From Cyanophora paradoxa CCMP329 (Eukaryota > Plantae > Glaucophyta), in the NCBI GenBank assembly GCA_004431415.1, contig QPMI01000002.1, forward strand, positions 1 to 54,908: 54,908 bases of DNA, read 5' to 3'. The number at the start of each line of letters is the position of its first letter. Position 1 is the stretch's first letter. The position numbers were made by a program, and so were the translations under genes. Shown here piece by piece: positions 22,801 to 37,800 of this stretch. The notes beneath the pieces were generated by a model that was not told the origin of the DNA, ran no database searches, and saw only the letters and a program-made list of their open reading frames with translations.

Positions 22801-25800
22801 CGTCCCCGGCACCCTCGCAATCTCAACGCCGTCGCGCAGCACACGGTGCGCAAGCGGCGGGCCCGTCGTCGGCAGCGACCACGAGAGCGTGCCCGTCGTG
22901 CCGCCGAACATGCCGGACGCGACATCCACCAGCTGCAGGTTCGTGGGCGCCGTCGACTTGCGGGCGGCCCCAATTGCAACGCCAAACCCGCTGCCGCCGC
23001 CTCCCGCCGAGATCGGCACAGGCGTGCTCGACAGCGTGGCGCCTGACGCGAACACCGCCACCACCTCCGCCACCGCACCCGACGGCAGGCTCTTTGCCTC
23101 GAAACCGTTCATCGCGATTCCCGACGGCGGCAGCGTCGCGACGACCTGGCCGTTCACCAGCAGCTTGTAGAGAGTCACTGTATCAGACGCAGCAGGCGTG
23201 TTCCACGAGAGCTGCGCTGACGAGCCGTTCGACGCGGTAGGCACCGCTTTGAGGGTGATGCCACTGTTCGGGTCCCGGGCGATGCCAGCGATGAGCGGCT
23301 TCGACTCGGCTCCGCTGGCGCCGTCCACTGCCACCACGACAAATGTCGACACCAAGCCCCTCGCAAGGTCCGGCACCTCCACCGACGTTTGCGTCCCCGG
23401 CACCCTCGCAATCTCAACGCCGTCGCGCAGCACACGGTGCGCAAGCGGCGGGCCCGTCGTCGGCAGCGACCACGAGAGCGTGCCCGTCGTGCCGCCGAAC
23501 ATGCCGGACGCGACATCCACCAGCTGCAGGTTCGTGGGCGCCGTCGACTTGCGGGCGGCCCCGGCCGACATAGACACAGGCCGATCAGTCGATGGCTGCG
23601 ACGGGCCGATCGTAACAACTTCAACCCGCCCCGCAGGACCGAGGGGCTTCTGGGACAAAGTAGTTGCCCGTCCCATGTTTCTTGTGTAGATGATTGCCGC
23701 GGCAAGGAGTGCAATCGTAATGCTTCCCACCACCACCGGGACTGCCACAGCTGCTGGATGCACGCCCGAGCCTTCTGGCTCCGTTGTCTGCCAGTTGAAG
23801 TAGGAACCTTGCGCGGCTGCACCCGTCGGCGGCAGAGCTGCGCCTGGAGGAGACTCTTGCACTGCCTGCGTGATCACCTCCCCAATGCCAACTGCGGTGT
23901 CGATTGTCAGCTCGTCGGTAATTATAATATAAACCCATGCTTATGAGGGAATGTCGCACTTGCGAAAGGCGTGAGATGATTGCATGAGGCAACGGCGGTG
24001 ATGACCGCCATGTCGAGGATCATGGTGACATTTCCGCTGTGCGGACAGAAGGCATTAGAACTGTGCTTGCTGCATATTGCGAAAGCAAAGCAGGCGACAG
24101 TTACCAGCTGATCCAGATTTTGTTGATCTTGTCGTAATATATTAGATCTAGCTTTTGGTTGGGGTTGATGAGCTCTCCATTTGGCATCCGCAGAGGGATT
24201 TGGAACTGCGCTCAAGATCACAAATGGTTCGCAAATCAAAGGACCGTAATCTAGATCTAGTTCGCTTTTTAATGATATAAAATCATCACACCGTGATAGG
24301 CTCGGAAAGGTTGGACACTTCGAGCCCTACAACATCCACCTCCATCACATAGCTTGAGACATTGCTGCGCGGTAAACGCGTAGCGCTTAGAGCGTGCCTT
24401 CCACTTGACTTTGCATGCGGCGCCGGCGCACTACTTTACGACGGAGTTTGTGCCGTTGAGAGTGCCCTCCGTGGCCTCCGGGTATGGTCCGCGTGGGTAG
24501 ACGTACACGGTCAGTTGCGTACCATCGGTGCCGTTCAGAGATCTCGAGAGCTTTTGGAGCTCAGGAGGCACGACCAAACCGGCGGTCTCATTGCGGGATC
24601 CGCCGACATTGAAGTCGCCCTGGCCCTCTTGGTTGTGACAAACTTGGCCGGTGAAGATGGCGACGCGGAGGCCCGAGCTGACGGACGGGCTCGCGCCGCA
24701 CACGCCGCAGCGGACCGCCTTCGACGCGAAGGTCTTGAACATGCGCATGACGGAGTCGGCGAACTGGGATGTGTCAGTTCCGTTTGCATTCTCAGCAAGC
24801 CACCACGAAGAGCCAACGAAGGTGTCTGCACAGCTCTCGCATGAGCACACAAAGCGCTAGCGGGTATGATAGCGATTCTCGCCTTCACTTCACGCACCGG
24901 CTCCAGCAATGAGGAGCTCGTTGACATCAGCGGAATCGTCACAAGGATTTAAAGCGCTGTACAAAGAGTGCATCGCATCAGCCAGCCCGGTCTGGAGCTC
25001 CGACGAACCAGTGCTGGAAGTTGGAAAAATGAGACGGTGCCCAAAGCGGCCGTGTCGACGTCACGTTCAGTGAAGACGAACCGTGTGACGACGCGCGTCA
25101 GCGCGGTGCTGACCGAGACGGCCTGGACGAGCTGAAACTTGGAGGAGCGGTTGTTCGCCCCGACAGCTGCAGGTGCCACGGTGCAGCCCCATGATCAGCT
25201 GCAGGTTCGGCAACCCACGCACAGAGCAATGAACTGGCGCACAGCTAATAACCTTGAGCATCGGTGCCAGAGTCTCTTCTATTTTTCTGCAATCGATTAT
25301 TAGTGGCTGAAAGTATTATCAAAGAAATCGCTGTCCGCAAAACGTGCGGACTTCGTAGAGTCGGGGTCCCGATCCAGGTGCGACACCGTTCGATAAGCGG
25401 TGTCTGTGCCGGCCCCGATGTAACTGTCCAAAATGTCTGCGCGAAATCAAACTCCATTCGAGACCCCTGGCCAGCAGCCGCAGCTTCGATTCTCATGCTT
25501 TCAAGTGCGCACCGGAAATCGTGACCGCGGTGTTTCCGATGGCGGCGAGAGATGCCTCCAGGTCGCCGTCGCTGTCGGTGACGGCGATGGACCTCGAGCC
25601 GATGCCCAGGATGTCGAGCACGGAGGATTTCAGCTGGACCGGGTCCAGCCCCTCCACGCTCTGCTCCAGATCGGACGTCGCGTTCAAGTAATACTCTGCA
25701 GCAAGGGTGTGAGAATGTGATCGAAAATCGGAGCGGGGATTGGTGTATTCTACCCGTAGAAGCGTTGTAGATGTCTTTCACGATAATCACCATGCGAACT

Positions 25801-28800
25801 GTGCGGTCTTCGCCCTCTCCGCGAGGCAGCACGGCGCGCACGACCGGGGCGGAGTTTGGCTGGCTTTGTGTCACGAAAACGCCGGGGCGGCTCGCGGGGG
25901 AATAATCTGAAAGCTCATGATCAGTCATCAAGGCGCTTTGTTTTCTACCCAAGGCCAGACAGAGTGCAGAAATTCAGTCGCAGACCTGCAATTTGTACAG
26001 CAACGGGTCCGATGTATACTGGGATATCCAATTCGTGCACGTGACAACGAACTGCCAAAAGGTGCGATTGACGTCAACGGATCTCGATGCGTTTGCAAAA
26101 TTTAAACGAGCGTCCGATCTCGCACCTGCGTCTGGAGAGCGATGCCTACCGGGGGTTGACTGTGCATTCGCCCGGATTGGTCCCGAGATGACGCGAATCG
26201 ACGTATCTTGTGAGGCTGCGCAGAAGCGTTGGCAGTTTAGAGACAGCGACGTCGAAGTTGCTAATCATAAATTCAATGCAAGCCGTGCACCGCTCCGCGT
26301 AGGACCCTGGTCCTTGGCGTACGCGCTGCACCGAATTCTGATATCGATAGTGAAGTGTAAGACATAAGCTCGGAGTAAGCTACCAGAATTAGAAGATGTG
26401 CACCGGTATAGCCGATCAAGCGAGATGAAAGACGCTGAAGAAAGTTTCTTGTTTATAATGAGAGTGGAAGAGTTCGCCGAAGTTCGGACGGCAAGGCTGC
26501 GCAGAAATACTTCAATTTAATATTCTGGGTTGTTTTCTTTACGCGTACGACTTCTCCGGACGTACCTGGAGATATTGGCGATCGTTTCGTCTCCGTCGGC
26601 GCTCGACCAAACGAAGACGAGGTCGTCCGCAGAGCTCTCGGGCCTATCCGGCTGGGAGGCCTCGCATCGGATCTGCGTCCGCAGTTGAGGGCTTCGAGCA
26701 ATGCGCGCGCTCTTAATGTAAGTTCCGAGCTCAGAATTTAAAGCGCACCCAAATGCCGAGCTCCTCGATTGCGTAGGTCGGGTCAGCGGGGAACGTTGAC
26801 TGCAGATATCGATGTTCAGCTGGCAAAACGATAAATTTAAACGCGATCCGCGGTCTCGAGCGCACCGTGATGAAGACGACAGGAACGCTTTCCTGAGCAA
26901 GCGTAATGATCACGGAGGTGCTGTCCGTCGCGTTGCCCTCGGGCACGCCCACGCGGAAGCGCGCGGAGAAGAGGCTCAATGTAACGGAGTACGCGGTGCC
27001 TGCCTCGAGGCCCAGCTCTTTCGGATCGACTGTGAGAGTTGGCTGTGCCGCCTCAATTGTCGCCATGAGCTCATCGGGGCTGCCCTCGACCGAGGCGGCC
27101 GCCGCGGCTGCTGCATCCGTGGCGACCTTTTGGAACTCCCACCGATACTTGAAAACGCTGCTGACGAGCGCGATGCCTCCCTCGTCTGCGGACGCCGTGT
27201 AGTCCGGATCTCGGCTCAGGCTTGCGTCCAAAATGAAGGTGCGGGTGGGCGAGACGACGCGATTCCCGCCAGCAATCCGAGCATCCAGGTCTTCGCTCAA
27301 TATCACAAGCGTCACATTGATAAATGCCTGAGTCATTCGTAGCACGCGCATCAGAACTCGGCTAAATTCACGACGTCAAGCGAGTTCACCGATGGCGTGT
27401 CGGGCTGCTGCAGATCGCGGGCTGTCATTGTCATCGTGAACTGGCTGTTGGGCTGCAGCGTATTTTTCGGCTGCAGTGCGATGATGATGAGTTAATTTCA
27501 AAAAGCATTTGTAAATATCAGTACGCCGATACAAACGGTTCGCACGATAAGCAGCGTCGGATTGTCCAGCTCGACAGTGCTGGGCAAGAACTCCAGTGCG
27601 GAGTCAGGCAGGTGCCATTGCGCCTCCATGTCCGATGCGCGGAGCCACTGGAAGCCACGGAGGATGACAACTGCGCCGCAGCACACCGTAAATATTTCTC
27701 CGCAAAGAAAGAACACGTTAACGAAAGAGCGCGAGGGCCTTACATGCTTCAGGGTCGTCGAGTTCCTTGTTGCAAGTTGTCCGCTGCGAGATTTGAATTC
27801 ACGGAACGGTGCACAGGATCCGGAATTGGAATGAATTGTTAGGCGAACCTGTACTACGACCTTAATGGTGGTTAGGGTCGATGCCTTCGAGTAAACGGTC
27901 GTGCCTCCGTCGACCTCCAGGAACGGCGGCTGCAATGTTGCGTGACTTATTGAGCAAGAAGCTAACGCTTTGAATTTAGTACTGGTACACCAGCTCAGTG
28001 GCGCACGAATAGTCCGGACTTGTATAATTTGACCTGGACGGTGTTGGACTTCGCGCCGAGGTAGTTCCGGGCGTACACCGAGAGCCTGTAGTCACGCGTG
28101 TGCGGAACGTCGTCCGGTACAATCAAAGTGTCGTTGTGCGTAGTGTTGACGGTCACGGAACGCTCTGCCAGCGAGCTGCATGTGGCCTCGTCGACGCACG
28201 ACCAGTAGTAGGTCAGAGGCCGGCGACCCGTTCCAGAGATCGGGAAGGCGACAATGCGGGCCCTACGGCAGACCGCTACGATTTCGGGGAACGTGGCTGA
28301 GATGACGGGAGCAAAATTGTCGCCAACAGAGACCTGGGAAGCAATGAGCGCAAGCAATTCCAGAGCTCGAAATGCGCACGATGAAGAAGCCTCTGAAGCG
28401 CTCGTCAGTGGCAGTGTCGCCCGGTAGATCGGAATGCGGAAGAAGAGAAGGTCGCCAATGACAACGGTCGAGTCCGGCATGATGGAAAACACAATAGTGT
28501 CCTGGCCGGACCAGAAAGCGGTCGCCCCTGAGCGAGCGCGTTCAGAAATACGCGTATGATGGAATATGAAGCTGCAATTGCAAGAGAAGAAATGACTCGC
28601 CGGTTCCGAGCTTGGCGGCCGACTCATCGGTCAGATAGAAGGTCGCTGGCAGTCTCTCGGGCTCGCGGCGTGCTGGATAATTAAACGTCACGGCTACTTG
28701 AATGCCTGATAACACATTTAGCACTCTGCAAAGCGCAAGTGGGTGAATTCGAATTGCGAGGGCTGCGGGCACCGTTGTCCAGAACATAGGACGAAATGAT

Positions 28801-31800
28801 GGTCATTGAGCCTTGAACCTACGTATGCGCATGGATAAATGAGAAATTGAAGGCCAAATGCAGAAAAGGGCGTGAGTGCTTGCCTGGAGCGGCTGGGGCG
28901 CGTCCGTCACGAAGGGTGTCGGTGCATCGAGGACGCTATTCCGAAGCGCGTAGCGCACAAAGATCTTCAAGTTGTCTCCCTGGTCAGCGAGGTCATCAGT
29001 GATCCGAAGCCCCTTGACGTCAACGTAGATGCCCGTGCCGTTCGCGTTAAGGGCTTGCACAGCGGAGGGCTCCGCGTAGGGAATTTGGCCGGCCGGAATG
29101 GTGGGGAGGATGAACGCTGCAGGGTCGAGGTCCGACAGCACCGCTTCCGACGAGCCCGTGAGCCGGGTCACAACGCACCGCACGGAGGTGAGCACGAAAA
29201 TGCTGCGCGATGGGCACGAAAGACGGGCGCCGATCACGTCGACCGGAGCTGGGCGCACGAAGCCATTCCCAACCAGCAGACTCCACTGCGGACGAAGCCA
29301 CACCTCGCCCACTTCGAAAAGCTGCAGCGAAAGCACGCCGATGGCCGGAACGGTCGCCGAGCCACTAGCAGCTGGTGCGAGATAAACACTTCATTCATGC
29401 TTGTGGCAACTGGTGTTCCGGAGCCCTCAGTGTCCGGATCCGCAGGCGAGAGGCGTCCAAGGTCCGCAAAGTCACTTGGAAGGAGCGGAGCTGAGCCCGT
29501 TGGCGAAACAAGCACACATGAGAAATTGGACGCGAGGCCAACACGGGGTGGGCAGCGCAGGGTCGCGTTAATAACAACGACGACGTTGGCTAGCACAGCG
29601 TTCACACTCGGTTCGGCAGTCCGCCCGTCAACGATGAGTGCCACTGAATCTGCAATTGCGAGGGCGCGATCATGAGTGCCGCCCATGACAAAAAGCAGGC
29701 GCGAGTTGCGATTACCTCAACGCGCTCTCCGTTAGGCCCTGTGGGCGTTGTCGCTGTGAAGTTAAATTGCAGGGATCCGTTGATGGTTGGAAGGGGCCCA
29801 ATCGCGCCGCCGGTACCCGCTGGAGAGGAACGAATGACGAAGTCGGAAGGGAACAGGTCGCCACCGGTCGGGCCTTCGTGACGTTGCACCAGGATTCGGC
29901 GCCCACGTGGCGGCGCAGCGGGCTGCACCGCAGAGTCGCGTTTAGGGAAGTGAACCGTACGGGGCTTCCGTTGATGTGCTGCGTAGAAGGATCCACAAGC
30001 GGCGCGTAGCGCACGTTGATGCTGCCCAGTACAGGCTGGCTGGGTACAAAGGTGAACTCCCACTGATGCGGCTTCCCCGTGACTGCGATAAGCCCGCTGG
30101 CATTGCCCGCACTCGTGGTGACACGGAAACAGTCAGGTCGGACGCCAGGAGGGCCGGTGATGACTCCGTGCGCGAGACGAGGCATGTAATGACTGCGCCG
30201 ATGACGACGCGGATGGGCGAGCAGGAAACCGTTGCCTCCAGCACGATGACGTTTACGTCGTTCACAAGGCCGCCACCAACGATGCTGCTATAGTTTGCCC
30301 ACAGGCGCACCGGCTCGCCGGCATGGTCGGTCTCACAAGGAACTTCAGGAATTCGCTGGTCGTTTCGACTGGGACGAGGGCCGAGGTCGGGGAGACGCTG
30401 CCCCAGAGCCTGGGTTCTGGAACCAGATCCCCTCGAAATCGGTGGAAGGAGAGGCTCTGAACCATTCTTCCGGGCAAGAGTGACGCCGACAGGGGCACCG
30501 ACGGTCACGCGGGTCACGTTTGTGGAAAGGACGGCGGCAATTAGGAAGACCGTCGAGGGTGACTGGTCGACGTGGGGCGATGCGGGATGCAGACTCGAGT
30601 TGTAGTGGACCGAGATGGCGATTCCACCCAGCCGGAGGCCCGCAGGCTGAATGCTGAGAGAGACGTTTCCAAGCTGCTGGACATGCGGTTGCGGCTGCAG
30701 CACGGTGGCCGAGTCCTCCGGCAGTGCAGCGTCGGGCAGAAAGTCCGTCGTCAGAAGCGGGGGGCGCCGGCCATACGCCCCAAGGTGCACAGTACATCGA
30801 TGTTCTCGCGCACACGCTCTGGGCAGTGCAGGACGGCCCGCACCACGTCCACAAGATGCTGGACCAGGTCCCCGCCTCCGATCGACTGCGACCATTTGAA
30901 TGCGACTGGGACGGCGCTCTCCGCCCGCACGCCGACAGCAATGAGCGTCGGGTTGCCACTTTTCACGAAAGGTACTCCGGTCTGGATGGCTCCGCCGGGA
31001 ACGGACGCCCCCGAAAAATCGAGGTCTGAAATCAGAATCGGTGGGGAGCCCGCGACGCCCTCCGCCAAGCACTCGACAGCGGCGCCAACGGCGATGCGCG
31101 TCAAGTTGCAGCGGGCGGCAGCGTCGATGACCGTCAAGTTCGCGCGGCCGATAAGACCACCCCCGACGATCTCTTGGTACAGGGCGTTGATAGGACCGTT
31201 CGTGACAAGTGTGGTTGCGTTGACCTCGGCAATAATCTTCGAGCGATAGCGAGTGTAAGTATGGCAAAAAATAAAGAAATTGCTGTTGCAAAATTAAAGA
31301 CGGCGCACGATGCCAGGCTCCGATGGAGGACCGACCGACAGGCCTTTCAGGACCTGAGTGTTGTTTGACGTGGGCAGGGCGACGTCCGAGGGGTCCATCG
31401 GCCAAGGCGTGGGGTGACACGGCAGGGCACGATCGAGAATCGCCGCGCGCGGGTCCGGTTGCAGCTGAACGTTGCGGAGATGAAGTGTATGAGGCTCGCC
31501 CGGGAGGCATACTTGCCCAGGACATCGCCGTTAAATACGACAGAGACGTTGGCAAAGGTGGCGTTGCCCAGGGCATTCAGTGAGGCGAGCTGCGAGGCGG
31601 ACGGGACGGGAACTCGGAATGTGAATCCGTCCACACCAGAGGTCGTCTGCAGGGCGTTCACGAAGGACTGCCCGCGTCCGATGACATAGACCGCGCGGAA
31701 GAAGTCGCTCAGCTGCAGGGCCGGGGAGTTACCGGCTCGCGTGACATTGCAGGGCACGAGGCGGCCGGGGATCGTTCGCGGTACGCAGTTCAGCACAGCA

Positions 31801-34800
31801 TCGACGATCGTCACTGGCAAGCTCGTGAGGGTTCCGTTCCCGAGCTACGCACGAGGTTCAATATTACTGTACATATGACAGCAAAGGATTATACGTATTA
31901 AAGTGCTTGCTTCTTCAGACCACTGCGCCAGCATGCCCGTCGTCGGCGTTGCCATCAGAGCAGTTGCGGATAAAAGGATGGCGCCGTCGGTGCCCTGGAT
32001 CGAAATCGGAGTCTCGGACCGGAGCAGGCTGGGGTTGCTTGCTGTCAGGCGGAGGTCCGTCACTTGCAGGGGGGCGCTGTTTGCAACAGGCGAAACTTGG
32101 CACGTGGCTGCGGACCGCAGCGGACGGTTTGAAAAGTGCACGCATAGGGGCGAAATTACTTTAAAGTCACTATATCATTGACCGCTCACCCAGCGCTGCC
32201 GGGTTGCGCCTCGAGTTGCTGCACTGCACACTGGCAGAAATCACGAACAGAGGTGTGGCTCCTGCAGTCCCCGCCACGAGTTCGGGGCCCAGCGAAGGCG
32301 GAACTCGAATGCAGGTCTGCCAAAATCGAATGCGCCGGCTCATTCTCAACTCGATCGCAGAGCTCAAGCACGGTGCGCACCCGTTGACCACAGTTGGCTG
32401 GTACGGGAAAACGAGCCCGTAATCTGTCACATTTGTCGACTCCGAGAGCCGATTGAAGTAGGGTCCTGTCGTATTCGAGATTAGATTTATTTTTTAAAAT
32501 TACAGATCATTATAGATCAGGCCTAGGGTTTTTTCAACGCACCAAAAAGTCGGTGCGCTGCAACGGAGGAGAGCTGTCCGACTTGAAGACCTCGCAAGTG
32601 ATGATGCTGTTGAGCCCCACGCGCGTCTTGTCGCACGTGATAGGCGTAGTTGCACGCACATCTGCGGGGAAGGCATCATCAACGAGTTCAGCGCGCTTCA
32701 TTTTGCTTCGAAGTTGAAGTGCGCATGCGGACCGACGACATCGAGGGGTGGCGTGCCGGGAACGGCGCCTCCGCCGCCGATTACGTTAGAGGAGTAATCC
32801 ACCGAAAAGTTTTCGCCCTCGCCGGTAATTGTAGCTCGGGCGGTGAAGTTCACATTGCCTGTTGCGTTGCTCGCAATGTAGGTAGTGTAGTTGATTACTG
32901 CGTAGGCGCCGGAAAACGCGAGGTTGGTGAAGTCGCTCAGCAGAAGCGGCGCCGACGGCGGGATGCGGCGGATGTTCCCTACGACGCTCACGCCCTGTCG
33001 CACGCGCTGGCGATCGGTGACAAGCTCTGCGCTGATGAAGCTGACGTTCCGGAGCTCGGCAAGCAGCTGGCCTGCAGTCACGCCGCTGCCCCAGTAGAGC
33101 AAGAGCGAATCGGCGCCACTGGCAGGGGATCCAGGACCGTGTACCTGGGCGAAGAGGTCAAATCAAGCCTGCACCGACAGCAATGTGGACGATGAGTGCA
33201 TGCGTACGTGAACGAGAACTGGTTCGGCAGAGTTGAAGTAAAGTCCGTCACGGTTGCGTGCGAAGCGCTGACCACTGGGGTGGCGATGTCGTTTGCCTCC
33301 AGGTCTGCGGACGTTGCTGTCTTCGGGACGACGCAGCTCACAACCGTCCCGAACAGGATTCTCAGCGTGGGATCCGTCTTGCCGGCGCAAGAGAGCGTAA
33401 CATCAATCTGCGGGAGGCGCGACCAATCTGAGTTGAACCCTGGAGAGGCTTCCTGCTTCATGATCGAATTTAAGTCGCGCACGATGCTAATCGTCGTTTC
33501 TGGGATCATTGACTTGCGTCCCTCGATGACCTCATCCACAACAATGCTTGACCAGAAAATCTGTCAGAGCGCCGGGGACGCGCGATTATCAGAGTTTTGG
33601 TGCATCTTTATGGTCGTGCAGGCACGCACCGTGTATATTCCATTGACTACCCCAGCTGAGGTTCTGAGAGAGACCGTCAGGCCACCCCTGACTTGACTAC
33701 GGGCGTGCCCGAAACCATGAAGTTGCTCGACGACCAGACGGGGGCTACATCCGTTGGAATAAGATTCGGTTGGTTTGCCGTCTTCTCGAACACCGCATCT
33801 TCCACAAACCCGCGCGCCTTTCTGCCCGACGGGTGCGTCTCCGAGCTTATGTCGATGACAAAGAACTTGTTCGACGCCGCCGCCACCGTCGCACCGCCGA
33901 GGTCGGTGGAGTACTGGACATCGAGCGTGCAGCCGGCCGTGCCGCAAAAGGCATCCGCCGTGTATGTGAAGTTCAGAGTTCCGTTGGCACCGGGAATAGC
34001 GGTGCTTAGGGTCATCGTATTCGGGCTGGGCGCGTATGAAATGTCCGTGGGAAGAAGGTCCGCCGAGGTGGCAGATTTCAGGTACGAGCAGCTCGCGCGC
34101 GTGTTATAAAGCAGGCGCGTGTTCTTGACCGAGGGCCTGCAGTGGATGTTCACGATCTCGACAATTGGCAGATCCAGCGGAAGAACATGATCGTTGTTCG
34201 GCAAGAGGACCGCAATCTGGTGCGGAGACGCGCCCTTTGTCCCAGTGACAGGCAGGCTGAGCTGGCCGGCACTGGCGGTGACGGTTCCAAACGTCAGGGC
34301 GCCCTTCGACGAGTACCCGCCCTTGATGTCGGAGGCGATAAGAGCCGTGTTGGCGGAAATTGTGCATGTCATGCTCTGCCCGGCGGCCATTCGGCTCTTC
34401 GGGCAGTTCAGAGCCAAGTTTGTTGTGACGGTCAAGTCCCAGTCTTTGAAGCGGTCGTCGCCAGAAACGACCGCCCGCACTTTGCCGACGCCCTCCAGCA
34501 CGAGGGCCGTGACGTCAAAGTCGACGATGCTCAAAGCGGTGTCGACCGGCGCGCCCAGCGACACGGTGCCGTTCGGCCCCACCCACGAAATGTCGATATC
34601 GCCAGAAGTGAAATCGTCGATCGAATTAGCATTCTTGGTGACCTAATAATAACCATGTCAGGTCGATTGAGGCGGCAAACGTGCACGTGCTTGCAATATT
34701 AATAACGCCAGACTCACGTGGCAGGTTGTCGTTTGGCGTAGCGCCCTCGTCGTGTGATCGCAGGCGAGCTCGATCATGATGTTTGGGGGTATGTACTCTG

Positions 34801-37800
34801 TGCCTACGTTGCCACCGCCGACTGCTGGGCTGTACGGCACAGTGACGATGATGACTCCTGGCACGCTGCCCGTGTTTGGCAGGGAGAAAGTGACCTGCTA
34901 GTTCTTAGTAAAAGCGTGCAGAACAGACTCTGCAGATCTAGAACTCGCACGTTTCCACCAGCCATGATAACGTAAGGTGTTGGCGAAGACGAGTAAGTGC
35001 CCTTCGGCGTCACGATAACGGGGGCTAGGAAGTCCGAAGGCAAAAGCGGCTTGCTCTGGCCGATGCGGATGATGGTGCAGTCAACCAGATTCCGAGGGAT
35101 GGTCTTGTCGTAGAAGCACCACAGCCGCGCCGCTGCGCAAAGAAAGTTCGAATTTGCTTATAGATTAATAATATTTTGATACAAAAGAGCGCGCACAGAT
35201 GAACGTGAGATCCGCGGGCCCGGCAGCGAGCGCCGACTGGAACTGCAGAGGTTCAATCCAATTCATCCAGATGGTGATGTTCGGCGTCAGTGGAATATCG
35301 TGAGCACGAATGGGAATCGTAACGACGTCGCCCAACGCGTCAGTGGTAATATTCGGAAGCGGTTCCAGCTGAGGAGGGAACGTGTTGGTCCAGATAAAGT
35401 CCGGGGGTATACCGGAGGGGAGTTCGGGAGGGTCAGAGCCGTGCAGTTGGCGACCCGGGCATGGGCGAGCCGGGTTGGTGCGCAGACGAGCCCGCGGGGC
35501 TCGTCCAGCAGCACGACCTCGATGACTTGGTTGGCGAGGTAGACGCCGTCCAGAGGCTTCACGTCTGGATCGGACAGGTCGGACGAGGCGGTGATGAAGA
35601 GGCGGGAAGGGTCCGTGTCGTTCGTGTCGAGGCCGCCAAAGATGATCGTGAACTTTCCGGTCGCGCTTTCGCGCGCAACAAAGATGAGCTCGACCAGGTC
35701 CGGTCGCGTGACATTCACGACGCTCTGGATCTGGATATTCGTTGTGAACTCGATGGGAAGGAGGAACGGCTCACGCTGTGACGGCAGTCAGCAAGGTACC
35801 GGTGCTCTAACAGAAGACTTCCACAGACCGACACATCGAAGCGCGAGAAGCTGCCTTTCGCAACGCGACAGCGGTCGCCGCGCTTCACGTTGCACTCCAC
35901 CTCAAACGGCTGCAGTGTAATCCTCTTGGGGCTCGACGGGATGTGCTTGCCGCCAACGTAGTACCGCACGTCGATGACGAGAGCGTTCGAGCCGGGGACG
36001 GCGCTGGCGAGATCGCCCTGCAATCCATCCGTCAGTCCCTAGATTGCAACACACGGAGCTCAAAGCCCGCCTGAATGTCCAGGATGACGTTCGACCCGTC
36101 GCTTGTCGCTTTGAATATTTTTCCTGAGAACGCGGACACGCAAGATCAGCAAAAGAAGAGAAACTATCTGCTAGCGGAAAACGTCAACACCTCCGGAGAT
36201 TGTTATGTTGAAATCGTCCGGGAGGAGCCCAACCTTCATAAAGGGCTGCCCAAAAACGCATCAAATCGATTTTTTGTTCCGCAACAAAATTAAAGCGAAG
36301 CGCAAGCGTGAGCCACAAGACGCACAGGAGAAATGATGCAGCGGACATAGCAGGTGGCGCTGACGGGAAAGTGGCGTTAGCAACGACGAGAGCATCCGCA
36401 GCAGAACCACCTCGATTCCAACACGAACCAGATGAGCACTCTGGAGCATTCGAACGTCTCAACTTGAAACACTACCAGCTGCCTGGAGAATGCCGTCCTC
36501 TCGGGCTCGGAGGGCGGCTTCAGGAACCAAGCTTTGTCCTTGCAAGAGCGGCACATGTCTCCCCATACCGCGAGGTATGCGTTCGTGTCATTGTTCGCGC
36601 GCTGCCCGTTCAGCTCTATCGAATCGTACATCTGCACACCCGTGTTAATCAAAACAGAGAAGGACAAGGCAGATGAATGTGGTCGCGCGCAAAATACGTG
36701 CATGCACGTGTAATTATAGAGCGAAGAGGTTGCATGAGCATTCACGTGATCATGGTCATAAGCGCACCTTATGCGTGTATAAAAGTTGGACATGCTGCAC
36801 AATATCCAGTCCTGTTCAGCGGTCAGTTGACCTAACGGGCAAATCTAGACGCTCCGTGCGTACCCATGACAACTGTGCCTCGCATCTCGAAGGTCGTGCT
36901 CCTGACCGGCTTGCCGGGGTATAGCGTATAGTAGGCGGGCGGGGTACGTATTGTGAGGCTTCCCAGAGATGAAAGTGTCGCGTACTCTTCCGCGGGCTCC
37001 ACCAGACCCTCCGCGCTCAGAACGCCCATGAGGGGGTGGTGTACGAGGTCAGGTCCAGGCTGTTGGGTCCGAGTTCTCGAACGGCACCATGTAGAACAGG
37101 GCGGTCTCTCCCACGGGGATTCGAATGCCCGCCTTGGGTGTGCTGAGCCCACCAAGGACAACCCGGAAGGTGAACGAAGCGAAGGTCGACATATCCGATC
37201 TGGAGTTCCGGGATCAAAGGTCGCGATCGAAGAAAACCCGCTGCAGCACGTTGATATGCAAACCCGTATTTGAAGTCGATCCTAACGTTTCCGGTCTTCC
37301 CTGGTATAGCTCGAACGGACCAGACCATCTGAACCGAAAATCAAACCGAACTCTTGTATTCAGCCAAACGTGTTTATTGCAGCTAAGGACTACCGTGTCC
37401 TGGAAAGTTGTCCCTTGCAAGAAATTCATTGGCCAGTTGGCGATGACAGAGGTATCGTTTCTGGAAGGTATCCGTATACGTAGAGTGTCAGCACAAGTGT
37501 TAAATCGAAAATTTAGAATAGCCAAAAAATGCAAGCCGCACGAATTGAGGTAGACGTCAGTTCCACCTAAAGGAGAGCTGACTGCAGTCTTCCGCACCTG
37601 CAAATGACGGTTCAGTGTGTATGAGTAATTTTCATGACCATGCGCAAGCGCTTGATCACACTCTGATTCAAAAGTGCGCACCCAGCACGCTGCATAAAAG
37701 TTGCTGCGCCTGCGCAAGTTGATTATGTGTAACTTCGTGATCGACGATCCTGTACAAAGATCTAGAGCTCGAGGATTTTGCGAATTCAAAGGCGCTCACG

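Noticed and set aside
15541-23877. The 2778-aa ORF as a complete stand-alone (bacterial-type) gene
   Set aside because: Its GTG start lies just inside a splice acceptor (23892), and its end follows a 1-bp deletion at ~15902; it is part of one exon of a larger gene.
14623-23946. Dozens of repeated + strand and alternative-frame ORFs (80-215 aa)
   Set aside because: These are shadow ORFs of the GC-rich coding repeat; only the minus-strand FnIII frame is protein-like and spliced to neighbouring exons.
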